Shown one piece after another: positions 29,369 to 38,408 of a stretch of DNA of 64,000 nucleotides. The stretch spans positions 847,340 through 911,339 of the forward strand of contig NZ_OZ255712.1 in NCBI RefSeq assembly GCF_965277045.1. The letters are read 5' to 3'. A program made the position numbers and the translations under genes. The notes below the pieces were generated by a model, which searched no databases, was not told where the DNA came from, and saw only the letters and a list, made by a program, of their open reading frames with translations. The stretch is from Roseovarius sp. (GTDB lineage: Bacteria; Pseudomonadota; Alphaproteobacteria; Rhodobacterales; Rhodobacteraceae). Position 1 is the stretch's first letter. Each line of letters begins with the position of its first letter.

Positions 29369-31909
29369 GTGCAGCAGGGCCCTGAACATATCACGCCGAT
29401 CACTCCCGACGCGCCCATCGCGATCCCGACGCATGGCGGGCGGGCCAAGTGCCTGCAACGCCTCGTGCGGCTGGATTTGCCGGTCCCGCGCACGGTCGCG
29501 CTGTCCTTCGACGCGGTGAGGGGCATCGCGGACGGCGAGGTGCCGGACATGGCATCCTTGCTGGACCCGTTCGGCGAACTGCCGGTGCTGTGCGTGCGCC
29601 CGTCGTCCGAGGACCCCGACTGGGGCGGGCCGGGGGCGGTTCTGAACATCGGCATGAACGATGCGCGGTTCGTCGATTTGTCGGACCGGATCGGCAAGCC
29701 GGCGGCGGCGACGCTCTACCTGCGGTTCGTGCAGGCCTATGCGGTGCACGTGGCCCGCGCCGACCCGGACATGTTCGACGACCTGGACGATGATCCGGTC
29801 AAGGCGGTAGGCCAGGCGCTGGTCGCCTACGAAGAGGAAGTCGAGGAAGAGTTCCCGCAGGATGCGAAAGTGCAGTTGCTGGGCGTGCTGCGTTCCATGG
29901 CGCGGGCGTGGCAGGGCACCACGGCACGGCTCTTGCGGCAGGCCAAGGGCGCGCCGGCCGACGCGGGCCTTGGCCTTGTGGTGCAGGAAATGGCGCTTGG
30001 CCTGGGCGAGGGCGAATGCGGCTCGGGCGTGATGCAGCTGGTCGACAGCGCGACGGGCGACCGGCGCTGCACCGGGCGCTACCTGAGCCAGAGCCAGGGG
30101 CGAGAGGCGCTGAAGGCCAGCAAGGAAGCGCTGTACCTGCAGAAGGATCCGCGCGGCCCGTCCCTGGAGGAACTGGCGCCGGAGGCGTTCGCGCGGCTGA
30201 AGCAATGCACCAAGCTTATGCGCGAGAAGCTGCGCGAGGAAATGCAGGCCGAATTCACCATCGAGAACGGCGAGGTCTACCTGCTGGACGGGGTGCGCGT
30301 GTCCCGCAACGCCCGCGCTGCCGTGGCCATCGCCGTGGCGTTGGCCGAAGAGGGGATCATCACGCGCGAGGAGGCGCTGATGCGGATCGAGCCGCGGGCG
30401 CTGAATGAACTTCTGCACCGGCAGATCGACCCCGAGGTCAAGCGCGACGTTCTGGCGCGCGGCATCGCCGCCAGCCCCGGCGCGGCCACGGGAAAGATCG
30501 TCTTCAGCGCCGAGGAAGCCCAGGCGGCGGAGTCGCGCGGCGAGGCGGCGATCCTGGTGCGGCGAGAGACCAGCCCCGAGGACATTCGCGGGATGCACGC
30601 CGCCGCCGGTGTGCTGACCGAGCGGGGCGGGATCACCAGCCATGCCGCCGTGATCGGGCGGGGCATCGGCAAGCCCTGTGTCGTGGGCGCCTCTGCAATC
30701 ACCTTTCAGATCAAGCGCAAGCGGCTGGTCTTTCCCGACGGCCGCAGCCTGATGGCCGGGGATCAGATCACAATCGACGGCACCAGTGGCGAGGTTCTGG
30801 CCGGCGAGCCGCGCCTGCTGGAGGCCGCGCGGGACGAGACGTTCAAGACGCTGATGAGCTGGGCCGACGAGGTGCGCGACATCGAAGTGCGGGCCAATGC
30901 CGACACCCAGGCCGATGCCGAACTGGCGCTGACTTTCAAGGCTCAGGGGATCGGACTGTGCCGGACCGAGCACATGTTCGTGGAACCCAGCCGCCTGGTG
31001 GCGATGCGTGAGATGATCTTTGCCGACACCAGCGAGGACCGCGCCTCGGCGCTGGAGGTGCTGTTGCCGATGCAGCGGGCGGATTTCATCGACCTTTTCC
31101 GGATCATGTCGGGGATGCCCGTCTGTATACGGCTGTTCGACCCGCCTTTGCACGAATACCTGCCCGCCGACCGCGAGGGCATTCGCGAGTTGGCCGACGC
31201 GCTGGACCTGCCGGTGGCGGATGTGACCGAGCGGGTGGAATCGCTTGGAGAATACAACCCCATGCTGGGGATGCGCGGTGTGCGGCTGGGCATCGCGGTG
31301 CCGGAGATCTACGAGATGCAGGCGCGGGCGATCTTCGAGGCGACGGTCGCCGCCAGCAAGGAGGGCGATCCGGTCGTGCCCGAAATCATGATCCCGCTGG
31401 TGTCGGCGATGCGCGAGGTCGAACTGGTGCGCGAGAATGTCGACAACGTGGCCGATGCCGTGCGCCGCGAGACGGGCCGCGATTTCACCTATCGGCTGGG
31501 CGTGATGGTCGAGACCCCGCGCGCCGCGTTGCGCGCCGCCGAGATTGCGCCGCACGTGGCTTTCCTGAGCTTCGGCACCAACGACCTGACGCAGATGACA
31601 TATGGCCTCAGCCGCGATGACGCAGGGCGGTTCATGTCGCACTACGTCAAGCAGGGTGTGTTCCCCGAGGACCCGTTCCACGTGCTGGACGTCGACGGGG
31701 TGGGCGAATTGCTGGAGATCGGGGCGCGGCGCGGCCGCGAGGTGGCCCCTGACCTGACCCTGTCGATCTGTGGCGAACACGGTGGCAACCCCGAATCGAT
31801 TGCCTTCTGCCGGACGGCGGGATTCGACTATGTTTCCTGTTCTCCGTTCCGGGTTCCGGTGGCGCGACTAGCTGCCGCACAATTGGCCGTGAAGGACAAG
31901 ATCGGGTAG
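29369..31909 (+). CDS. ppdK: Pyruvate phosphate dikinase homolog (PEP-utilising protein) with divergent N-terminal domain
   Basis: GGITSHAA phospho-His motif, GIGLCRTEHMF, SFGTNDLTQ, ICGEHGG; GTG start after SD AAGGA; conserved position after glyS. Confidence 0.88.
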   Translation: MQQGPEHITPITPDAPIAIPTHGGRAKCLQRLVRLDLPVPRTVALSFDAVRGIADGEVPDMASLLDPFGELPVLCVRPSSEDPDWGGPGAVLNIGMNDARFVDLSDRIGKPAAATLYLRFVQAYAVHVARADPDMFDDLDDDPVKAVGQALVAYEEEVEEEFPQDAKVQLLGVLRSMARAWQGTTARLLRQAKGAPADAGLGLVVQEMALGLGEGECGSGVMQLVDSATGDRRCTGRYLSQSQGREALKASKEALYLQKDPRGPSLEELAPEAFARLKQCTKLMREKLREEMQAEFTIENGEVYLLDGVRVSRNARAAVAIAVALAEEGIITREEALMRIEPRALNELLHRQIDPEVKRDVLARGIAASPGAATGKIVFSAEEAQAAESRGEAAILVRRETSPEDIRGMHAAAGVLTERGGITSHAAVIGRGIGKPCVVGASAITFQIKRKRLVFPDGRSLMAGDQITIDGTSGEVLAGEPRLLEAARDETFKTLMSWADEVRDIEVRANADTQADAELALTFKAQGIGLCRTEHMFVEPSRLVAMREMIFADTSEDRASALEVLLPMQRADFIDLFRIMSGMPVCIRLFDPPLHEYLPADREGIRELADALDLPVADVTERVESLGEYNPMLGMRGVRLGIAVPEIYEMQARAIFEATVAASKEGDPVVPEIMIPLVSAMREVELVRENVDNVADAVRRETGRDFTYRLGVMVETPRAALRAAEIAPHVAFLSFGTNDLTQMTYGLSRDDAGRFMSHYVKQGVFPEDPFHVLDVDGVGELLEIGARRGREVAPDLTLSICGEHGGNPESIAFCRTAGFDYVSCSPFRVPVARLAAAQLAVKDKIG

Positions 31910-32077
31910 ATCGCGGGCGGGTTCTCGCCATATCTGCCGTAATTCCGCCGATTTTTGGCCTTGCAATCTCGCTGCATAACGCCCTTGCAGCGCCGCAGGC
32001 TGGACTCGCATACCCCTTTTATGTACCTCGTCGCGACTTGACGGGCCCGTAGGGTCTTATTTTGAAGGAGGCGAGCC

Positions 32078-32686
32078 TTGAGAACCCTCGCGATGATCTT
32101 GATGATGTGCCTTGGGACCGCGGCCGCGGCAGAGCAGGACATCAACCGTTTATATGCGCACGAGAACCGCGTGCTGAGTTCGATTCCCGAAGATATGGTG
32201 GCGCGCTATATGGAGCGCCCGGGCGTGGACGTGACGTATTCGCGCGACTGGCTGGCGGCCCAGTCGGCCCACACTGGCGGCAAGCAATGGCGTTGCCTGG
32301 CCGAAGCGCTGTACCACGAGGCGCGCGGCGAAAGCGTCAAGGGTCAGTTCGCGGTGGCCGAGGTCATTATGAACCGGGTCGACAGCGCCCGCTTTCCCGA
32401 CACGATCTGTGGCGTTGTGCACCAAGGCACGGGCCGCAAGTACCAGTGCCAGTTCACCTACACCTGTGACGGTGCCAGCGACCGGATCAGCGAGAAACGT
32501 GCCTTCGAACGGGCCGGCAAGGTGGCGTATCTGATGGTCAAGGGCGCCAGGCGCGACCTGACGGCCGGAGCGACGCATTACCACACCAAGGCCGTGCGCC
32601 CGAAATGGTCGCGCAATTTCGCCCGGACCACCACGATCGGAGTGCATCACTTCTACCGGATGCCGACGCGCGTCAGCTCGAACTGA
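32078..32686 (+). CDS. Cell wall hydrolase (SleB/Hydrolase_2 family)
   Basis: CLAEALYHEARGES, VAEVIMNRV, CQFTYTCDG, GATHYH; TTG start after GGAGG. Confidence 0.9.
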   Translation: MRTLAMILMMCLGTAAAAEQDINRLYAHENRVLSSIPEDMVARYMERPGVDVTYSRDWLAAQSAHTGGKQWRCLAEALYHEARGESVKGQFAVAEVIMNRVDSARFPDTICGVVHQGTGRKYQCQFTYTCDGASDRISEKRAFERAGKVAYLMVKGARRDLTAGATHYHTKAVRPKWSRNFARTTTIGVHHFYRMPTRVSSN

Positions 32687-32790
32687 GCGGGGCGGAGAAT
32701 CCGGTTGACATGCAGGCCCGCGCGTTTAAAAGGCGGGCTTCATGACGAATTTCGCGGGGTGGCTGACATCCCGCCGCAGGAGAGATACCC

Positions 32791-32958
32791 ATGGCGAAGC
32801 CGACCACAATCAAGATCCGCCTGAACTCGACCGCCGGCACGGGCCACTTCTACGTGACGAAGAAGAACGCCCGCACCATGACCGAGAAGATGTCGGTGCG
32901 CAAATACGACCCCGTCGCGCGCAAGCACGTCGAGTACAAGGAAGGCAAGATCAAGTAG
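32791..32958 (+). CDS. rpmG: 50S ribosomal protein L33 (Zn-free form)
   Basis: My translation: [55 protein letters not shown] (55 aa, below the ORF-track cutoff). Confidence 0.97.
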   Translation: MAKPTTIKIRLNSTAGTGHFYVTKKNARTMTEKMSVRKYDPVARKHVEYKEGKIK

Positions 32959-32980
32959 GATCTTCCCTCCGAGCGTATTC

Positions 32981-33009
32981 AAGGGCCGTGCCGATGGGTG
33001 CGGCCTTTT
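32981..33009 (+). terminator. Intrinsic terminator after rpmG
   Basis: GGCCGTGCC-GATG-GGTGCGGCC-TTTT. Confidence 0.65.
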
Positions 33010-33136
33010 GCTTTGGGACTTTTCGCAGTTGCGCGCCGAGACGCGGCGTCCGCGTGGGACTTGATCTGGGGCCGTTTGCGACGGGAGGTCCCGGGTCAGG
33101 CCCGGGACGGGTGTTCTCGAAGCCAGCGGCCCCACG

Positions 33137-33163
33137 AAAAAGGGCCGGTCTGATGACCGGCCC
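33137..33163 (-). terminator. Intrinsic terminator after the BI-1/YccA gene
   Basis: Minus strand GGGCCGGTC-ATCA-GACCGGCCC-TTTTT. Confidence 0.75.
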
Positions 33164-33191
33164 ATTGTTCGTTTCAGCTTGTGCGCTGTGG

Positions 33192-33911
33192 TTATTCGCG
33201 CTGGCCCAGCAGGTTCAACAGCATCATGAACATGTTGATGAAGTCGAGATAGAGCCGCAGGGCGCCCATGATGGCTGCCTTGCCCAGCCACTCGCTGTCG
33301 CCGTGGTGGGCGTGGGCCAGGTACTCATTCTTGATCGACTGCGTGTCATAGGCGGTCAGGCCGGCGAAGATCAGCACGCCGATGGCCGAGATCGCGAACA
33401 TGATTTCGCTGGAGCCGATGAAGATGTTGACGATCGACGCCACGATCAGGCCGATTACACCCATGATCAGGAAGCTGCCCCAGCCGGAGATGTCCTTTTT
33501 CGTGGTGTAGCCCCACAGCGAAAGCCCTGCGAAGGCGGCCGCCGTGGCCAGGAAGACCTGGGCGATCGAGAAATCGGTGAACACCACGAAGATGTACGAG
33601 ATCGACACACCCATCACCGCGGCGAAGGCGTAGAAGAAGAGTTGTGCCGCAGCCGCCGACAGCTTGTTGATCACCGCGCCGAAGGCGAAGACCATGATCA
33701 GCGGGGCGAACATCACGATATAGCGTGTGAAGCCGGTGAACAGCGTTTCCATCATCGCGGCGTTGTTGCCCACGGCCCAAGCGGCCGCAAAGGTCAGCAA
33801 CATGCCGATCGACATCGTGCCGTAGACCTTGTTCATGTGGGCGCGCAAGCCTTCGTCGATCGCGGCGGTACGCGCACCAGTTGCCGACCGGATCGTTTCG
33901 AATTGAGCCAT
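33192..33911 (-). CDS. Bax inhibitor-1/YccA family membrane protein
   Basis: IDEGLRAHMNKVY, GYTTKKDISGWGSFL, AYDTQSIK, ALRLYLDFINMF. Confidence 0.93.
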   Translation of the reverse strand: MAQFETIRSATGARTAAIDEGLRAHMNKVYGTMSIGMLLTFAAAWAVGNNAAMMETLFTGFTRYIVMFAPLIMVFAFGAVINKLSAAAAQLFFYAFAAVMGVSISYIFVVFTDFSIAQVFLATAAAFAGLSLWGYTTKKDISGWGSFLIMGVIGLIVASIVNIFIGSSEIMFAISAIGVLIFAGLTAYDTQSIKNEYLAHAHHGDSEWLGKAAIMGALRLYLDFINMFMMLLNLLGQRE

Positions 33912-34035
33912 TCAAGCCTCCGAATAAGTGTCCCATTCAAACCTCAAGCCGAGGTTTGCAGACAATATCGTGTGCCCGACGTCTCTTTTCAAGAAAATCC
34001 GCACCGAAATCGTGCGGAAACAGTCGGTTCACCTG

Positions 34036-34233
34036 TCAGCGACACGAGATGTCCCAGATCGGACGGCGGGCCTCGGCCATCGCCTCCTGGCGGGTAATGC
34101 CGATATCCTGAAGGGCGTGATCGTCGAGACGTGCCAGGGCACGGCGCTGACGATACATCTCGATCACATCGCGCAGGCGGGCGCGGCGAGGGGCCGGGTA
34201 GGGCGCATGGCGACGGAATGACAAAGTGAGCAT
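34036..34233 (-). CDS. DUF1127 small protein divergent from a LysR regulator
   Basis: YRQRRALARLDDHALQDIGITRQEAMAEARRPIWD. Confidence 0.9.
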   Translation of the reverse strand: MLTLSFRRHAPYPAPRRARLRDVIEMYRQRRALARLDDHALQDIGITRQEAMAEARRPIWDISCR

Positions 34234-34358
34234 GAGTGCGTCCTTTCAATTTCAGTGATGGCGCGGCGCGCATCATTATTACTGTTGATATAAATGGCAT
34301 GCCGGGTCATATATGAAAAATGAATGTTTGGCTTGGATTGCATCAAGGAACATGATGA

Positions 34359-35231
34359 ATGCGTAATCTCGACATGACGACCTTGCGGTCTTTTCTGGAA
34401 GTCGCCGAGCAGGGCGGTGTGACGCGCGCCGCGCAGGTGCTGAACCTGACGCAGTCGGCGGTGTCGATGCAGCTCAAGCGGTTGGAAGACCTGCTTGGGA
34501 TCGAACTGCTGGATCGCAGCAACCGGCGCATCGCGCTGACCGCCTCGGGCGAGCAACTCTTGACCTATGCGCGGCGCATCGTCGATTTGAATGACGAGGC
34601 CGTGGGGCGGCTTTCGGACGAGGTTTACGAGGGCACGCTGACCCTGGGCGTGCCGCATGACATCATCTATCCCGTCGTGCCGCGGGTTCTGAAGACGTTC
34701 AACAGCGTTTTCCCGAGGGTGAATGTCGTCCTGAAATCCTCCAGCACTGTCCGACTGCACGACGCGTTGAAGAAAGGCGAGATCGATCTGATCCTGACGA
34801 CCGAGAAAGCGTTGACGCCGGGTGGAGAGACCTTGACGAAAATCCCGCTGAAATGGGTCGGTGCCCTGGGCGGCCAGGCTTGGCGAAAACGGCCCTTGCG
34901 GCTGGGGTTCTGCAATTTCTGCATCTTCCGGGCGCCGGTGCTGCGCATCCTGGATGCGGCGGGAATCGACTGGGAACTGGCGATAGAGTCGGACGAGGAT
35001 CGCTCGGTCGAGGCGCTGATCAGCGCGGATCTTGCGATCGGGGCTCTGCTGGAGACCAGCATCCCGCCGCATCAGGAAGCGATCAACACGCAAGGGGCGC
35101 TGCCGGAACTGGGCTTTCAACAGATCAACATGTACGGGTCGGCCAATCGAGACGAGATCACGCGCGAAATGGCCGATCTGCTGCGTCAGGGATACCGGGC
35201 CGCGACGCCGACCCTGTTGCGGCAGGCCTGA
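34359..35231 (+). CDS. LysR-family transcriptional regulator
   Basis: LRSFLEVAEQGGVTRAAQVLNLTQSAVSMQLKRLE HTH. Confidence 0.93.
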   Translation: MRNLDMTTLRSFLEVAEQGGVTRAAQVLNLTQSAVSMQLKRLEDLLGIELLDRSNRRIALTASGEQLLTYARRIVDLNDEAVGRLSDEVYEGTLTLGVPHDIIYPVVPRVLKTFNSVFPRVNVVLKSSSTVRLHDALKKGEIDLILTTEKALTPGGETLTKIPLKWVGALGGQAWRKRPLRLGFCNFCIFRAPVLRILDAAGIDWELAIESDEDRSVEALISADLAIGALLETSIPPHQEAINTQGALPELGFQQINMYGSANRDEITREMADLLRQGYRAATPTLLRQA

Positions 35232-35241
35232 GCGCGGGGTC

Positions 35242-36204
35242 TCAGCCGGTCGTGATGACAACCTTGCCGGTGGATTTGCGCGTGCGCATCAGGTCGAGCC
35301 CCTCCTGCGCCTTCTCGAGCGACAGGATGTGGCTGACATGCGGTTTCAGCCGGCCGTCGGCATACCAGGCGAAAAGCTGCGCCAGGCTGTCGGTGACGAC
35401 CTGCGGCCGGAATGCGAGGTAGCCGCCCCAGTAGAGGCCCAGGACCGAGATATTCTTGACCAGCAAGTGGTTGGCCGGAATTTTCGGCACCTCACCGCTG
35501 GCAAAGCCGATGGTCAGGATGCGGGCCTCGGGACGGCAGGCGCGCATGGCGGACTTGAACTGGTCCCCGCCGACGGGATCGTAGACGACATCGACGCCCC
35601 CCAAGGCACGGCACGCCTCCCGGATATCGTCGGTTTCGGCGTCGATCAGGTGATCGGCCCCGGCCTTGCGCGCAACCTCCAGTTTGTCGGCACCGCGGGC
35701 GCAGGCGATGACGGTGGCGCCCATCAGCTTGCCGATCTCGACCGCGGTCAGGCCGACGCCGCCCGCCGCGCCGAGAACCAGCAGGGTCTCGCCCGGTTGC
35801 AGACGGGCCTTGTGATCCAGGCCGACATGGCTGGTGCCATAGGCGATCTGAAACGCCGCCGCGTCGGTAAAGCTCATCTGATCGGGCAGGACCACCGCGC
35901 GGTCGGCGGGAAAGCAGCCCCGCTCTGCCAGGCCTCCCTGACCGCCGAAAACGGCAACGCGGCTGCCGATGGCGGGTCCTTCGACCCCGTCCCCCAGCGC
36001 CTCTACCGTGCCAGCCACTTCCATGCCGAGGGTGAACGGCGTGTCGGGCGTGTCCTGATACTCGCCCTTCAGCATCAGCAAATCGGCGAAATTCAGCCCG
36101 CAGGCATGGATCTTCAGTCCGATTTCCCCGGCGGCGGGCCGGGGCGCCTCGACGTCCTGGAGGGTTGCGGTTGTATCGTGCGAATCGATCCGGAACGCGC
36201 GCAT
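35242..36204 (-). CDS. NADPH:quinone oxidoreductase (zeta-crystallin/MDR family)
   Basis: CGLNFAD, TLGMEVAG, LVLGAAGGVG, VVYDPVGG, STGKVVI. Confidence 0.92.
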   Translation of the reverse strand: MRAFRIDSHDTTATLQDVEAPRPAAGEIGLKIHACGLNFADLLMLKGEYQDTPDTPFTLGMEVAGTVEALGDGVEGPAIGSRVAVFGGQGGLAERGCFPADRAVVLPDQMSFTDAAAFQIAYGTSHVGLDHKARLQPGETLLVLGAAGGVGLTAVEIGKLMGATVIACARGADKLEVARKAGADHLIDAETDDIREACRALGGVDVVYDPVGGDQFKSAMRACRPEARILTIGFASGEVPKIPANHLLVKNISVLGLYWGGYLAFRPQVVTDSLAQLFAWYADGRLKPHVSHILSLEKAQEGLDLMRTRKSTGKVVITTG

Positions 36205-36509
36205 CTAGAGGCTCCTCATCAATAATTGTCGGATCGGACCGGCGTCTTGCCCGGATAATCGAAGTCCCGAAACGATGTCAAACGCGTGCTCTGGTTGTGG
36301 GCAACCTATACAAAAGCAGTATATGCCCGTTTAGATTGTAGGTATAAGGGACCGATCCCTTATTCGGGGTGCAATACTTCTTGCTATACAGAATCTCAGC
36401 TCTTATTTTCTCGTCAGTGTCGCTGGGATGCGCGGCCTAATATTTTTTTAACGCTCGCCCGGGAAATTATGACTTCAAACCGGGTTGGCACCTGAGGAAA
36501 GGACTGCCC

Positions 36510-36881
36510 ATGCCGCACCCCGTAGACGTGCATGTCGGAAAACGTATTCGCCATCGCCGCTGGCTGGTTGGAATGACCCAACAACAGCTGGCTGAAAGCG
36601 TAGGCATCAAATTCCAGCAAATTCAGAAATATGAAACCGGCGCGAACCGCGTCAGCGCCTCTCGCCTTTGGGACATCGCGGATGCCCTGGACGTGGAGGT
36701 CAGCTTTTTCTTTGACGGTATCGACCACGATGGCGACGCAAGAAACGAGAGCGACATGATCCCGGCGGATTTGCTGGGCGACAAGGAAGCGCTCGATCTG
36801 ATCCGGTCCTATTACGCGATCCCGGAAAACCAGCGCCGTCGCCTGTTCGATCTTGCACGGGTTCTCAGCGACGTCGCTTGA
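36510..36881 (+). CDS. XRE-family helix-turn-helix regulator
   Basis: HPVDVHVGKRIRHRR...TQQQLAESVGIKFQQIQKYETGANRVSASRL. Confidence 0.92.
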   Translation: MPHPVDVHVGKRIRHRRWLVGMTQQQLAESVGIKFQQIQKYETGANRVSASRLWDIADALDVEVSFFFDGIDHDGDARNESDMIPADLLGDKEALDLIRSYYAIPENQRRRLFDLARVLSDVA

Positions 36882-36934
36882 GCCGGTCCTAGAAGCCGTT
36901 TATCCCCGCCATGCAGTTACAAGGTGGGGATAGA

Positions 36935-37729
36935 ATGACCCGGAACGACTCGGAAATTGTTAACACGGCGCACGCGCTTGCAGATGCAGCGCGCGACGCC
37001 ATCCTGCCGTGGTTTCGCGCCGGGGCGATTGACGTGGAAAACAAGGCGTCGTCGGGATTCGATCCGGTCACCGCCGCCGACAGGGCCGCGGAAGCCGCGA
37101 TGCGCGAGGTGCTGGCCGAGCGCCGCCCCGACGACGCGATCCTTGGCGAGGAAATGGGCGAAACCCCGGGCACGAGCGGCCTGACCTGGGTTCTGGACCC
37201 GATTGACGGCACGCGCGCCTTCGTGGCCGGGGCGCCGACATGGGGTGTGCTGATCGCCGTCGCCGATCAGGGCGGGCCGGTCTATGGCCTGATCGACCAG
37301 CCTTACATCGGTGAACGGTTCGAGGGCGGCTTCGGACGCGCCGGGATGCGCGGACCGCAAGGCGCGCGGGCGCTGAAGACAAGGGGGGAGGCGCCGCTGT
37401 CGCAATCGACCGTCTTCACCACCTTTCCCGAGGTCGGCACCGAGGCCGAGGGCGCGGCCTTTCGGGACGTGGCGCGCCAGGCGCAGCTGACGCGCTACGG
37501 TCTCGATTGCTATGCCTATGCGCTTGTCGCCTGCGGGCAGGTGGACCTGGTGATCGAGGCAGGGCTCAACGCGTACGACATCCAGGCGCCGATCGCGGTG
37601 ATCGAGGCCGCTGGCGGCATCGTCACGGACTGGAGCGGCGGGCCGGCACACGAGGGCGGGCGCGCCATCGCGGCCGCGGGACGCCAACAGCACGAGGCCG
37701 CCCTGGAGATCCTTGCGCGCCATTTCTGA
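36935..37729 (+). CDS. hisN: Histidinol-phosphate phosphatase (inositol monophosphatase family)
   Basis: DPVTAADRAAE, ILGEE, WVLDPIDGT, TRYGLDCYAY, YDIQA. Confidence 0.85.
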   Translation: MTRNDSEIVNTAHALADAARDAILPWFRAGAIDVENKASSGFDPVTAADRAAEAAMREVLAERRPDDAILGEEMGETPGTSGLTWVLDPIDGTRAFVAGAPTWGVLIAVADQGGPVYGLIDQPYIGERFEGGFGRAGMRGPQGARALKTRGEAPLSQSTVFTTFPEVGTEAEGAAFRDVARQAQLTRYGLDCYAYALVACGQVDLVIEAGLNAYDIQAPIAVIEAAGGIVTDWSGGPAHEGGRAIAAAGRQQHEAALEILARHF

Positions 37730-37775
37730 GGTCTGGCGTCTGGCGTGGTCCGGCTGCAGCGGATAGGGTCGGTTC

Positions 37776-38225
37776 ATGCCTCTTCGGATTTGCCTTCTTG
37801 CGGTCATCGCCGCCATGACGTGCCAACTGGCCGTGGCCCAGGACGCGACCGATCGGAGCGCTGCCGCGCGGGACTGGGTCAACAGCTTTCGCGCCGAGCG
37901 CGGACTTTCCCCCGTGAGCCTTTCGGACAGGCTGACCCGCGTGGCCTCGATCCATGCGGCGGACATGGCCCGAAAGGGGTATTTCAGCCATACCGGATCG
38001 GACAAGAGCAGCGTGGGGGACAGGGCGCGGCGCGTCGGCTACGCCTATTGCTTCATTGCCGAGAACATCGCCAAGGGACAACCTAGGCTGAACGCGGTTC
38101 TGAACGGTTGGGCCGGATCGTCCGGGCATCGCAGGAACATGCTGGCCCCGCAGGCCCGGGAAATGGCGGTGGTCGAGGCGCCGGGACGGATCTGGGTGAT
38201 GGTGCTGGGGCGCGACGGCTGCTGA
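37776..38225 (+). CDS. CAP/SCP domain exported protein
   Basis: VNSFRAERGL, HAADMARKGYFSHTG, AENIAKG, WAGSSGHRRNML. Confidence 0.9.
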   Translation: MPLRICLLAVIAAMTCQLAVAQDATDRSAAARDWVNSFRAERGLSPVSLSDRLTRVASIHAADMARKGYFSHTGSDKSSVGDRARRVGYAYCFIAENIAKGQPRLNAVLNGWAGSSGHRRNMLAPQAREMAVVEAPGRIWVMVLGRDGC

Positions 38226-38408
38226 AACAAGGGGCGTCACGACCGCCCTGAAAACACAACGGCGCACAACGGGCGGCCGATCGGCCTGGGACGATGGATA
38301 CCGCCGGATTGTGTCGCTTTTGCGGGGATTTGACGGTGGGCACTGGACCCTGCCATGGCAACATGCGATCACCAGAGCCTGGCCAGGCCACGACCGGGAG
38401 GACGCCTC

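Noticed and set aside
28910-31780. 956-aa minus-strand ORF, and similar long ORFs at 58833-61499, 51383-53515, 37623-39626 and 22855-24564
   Set aside because: Antisense or off-frame shadows of well-supported genes; stop codons are rare in high-GC DNA and the translations have no recognisable motifs
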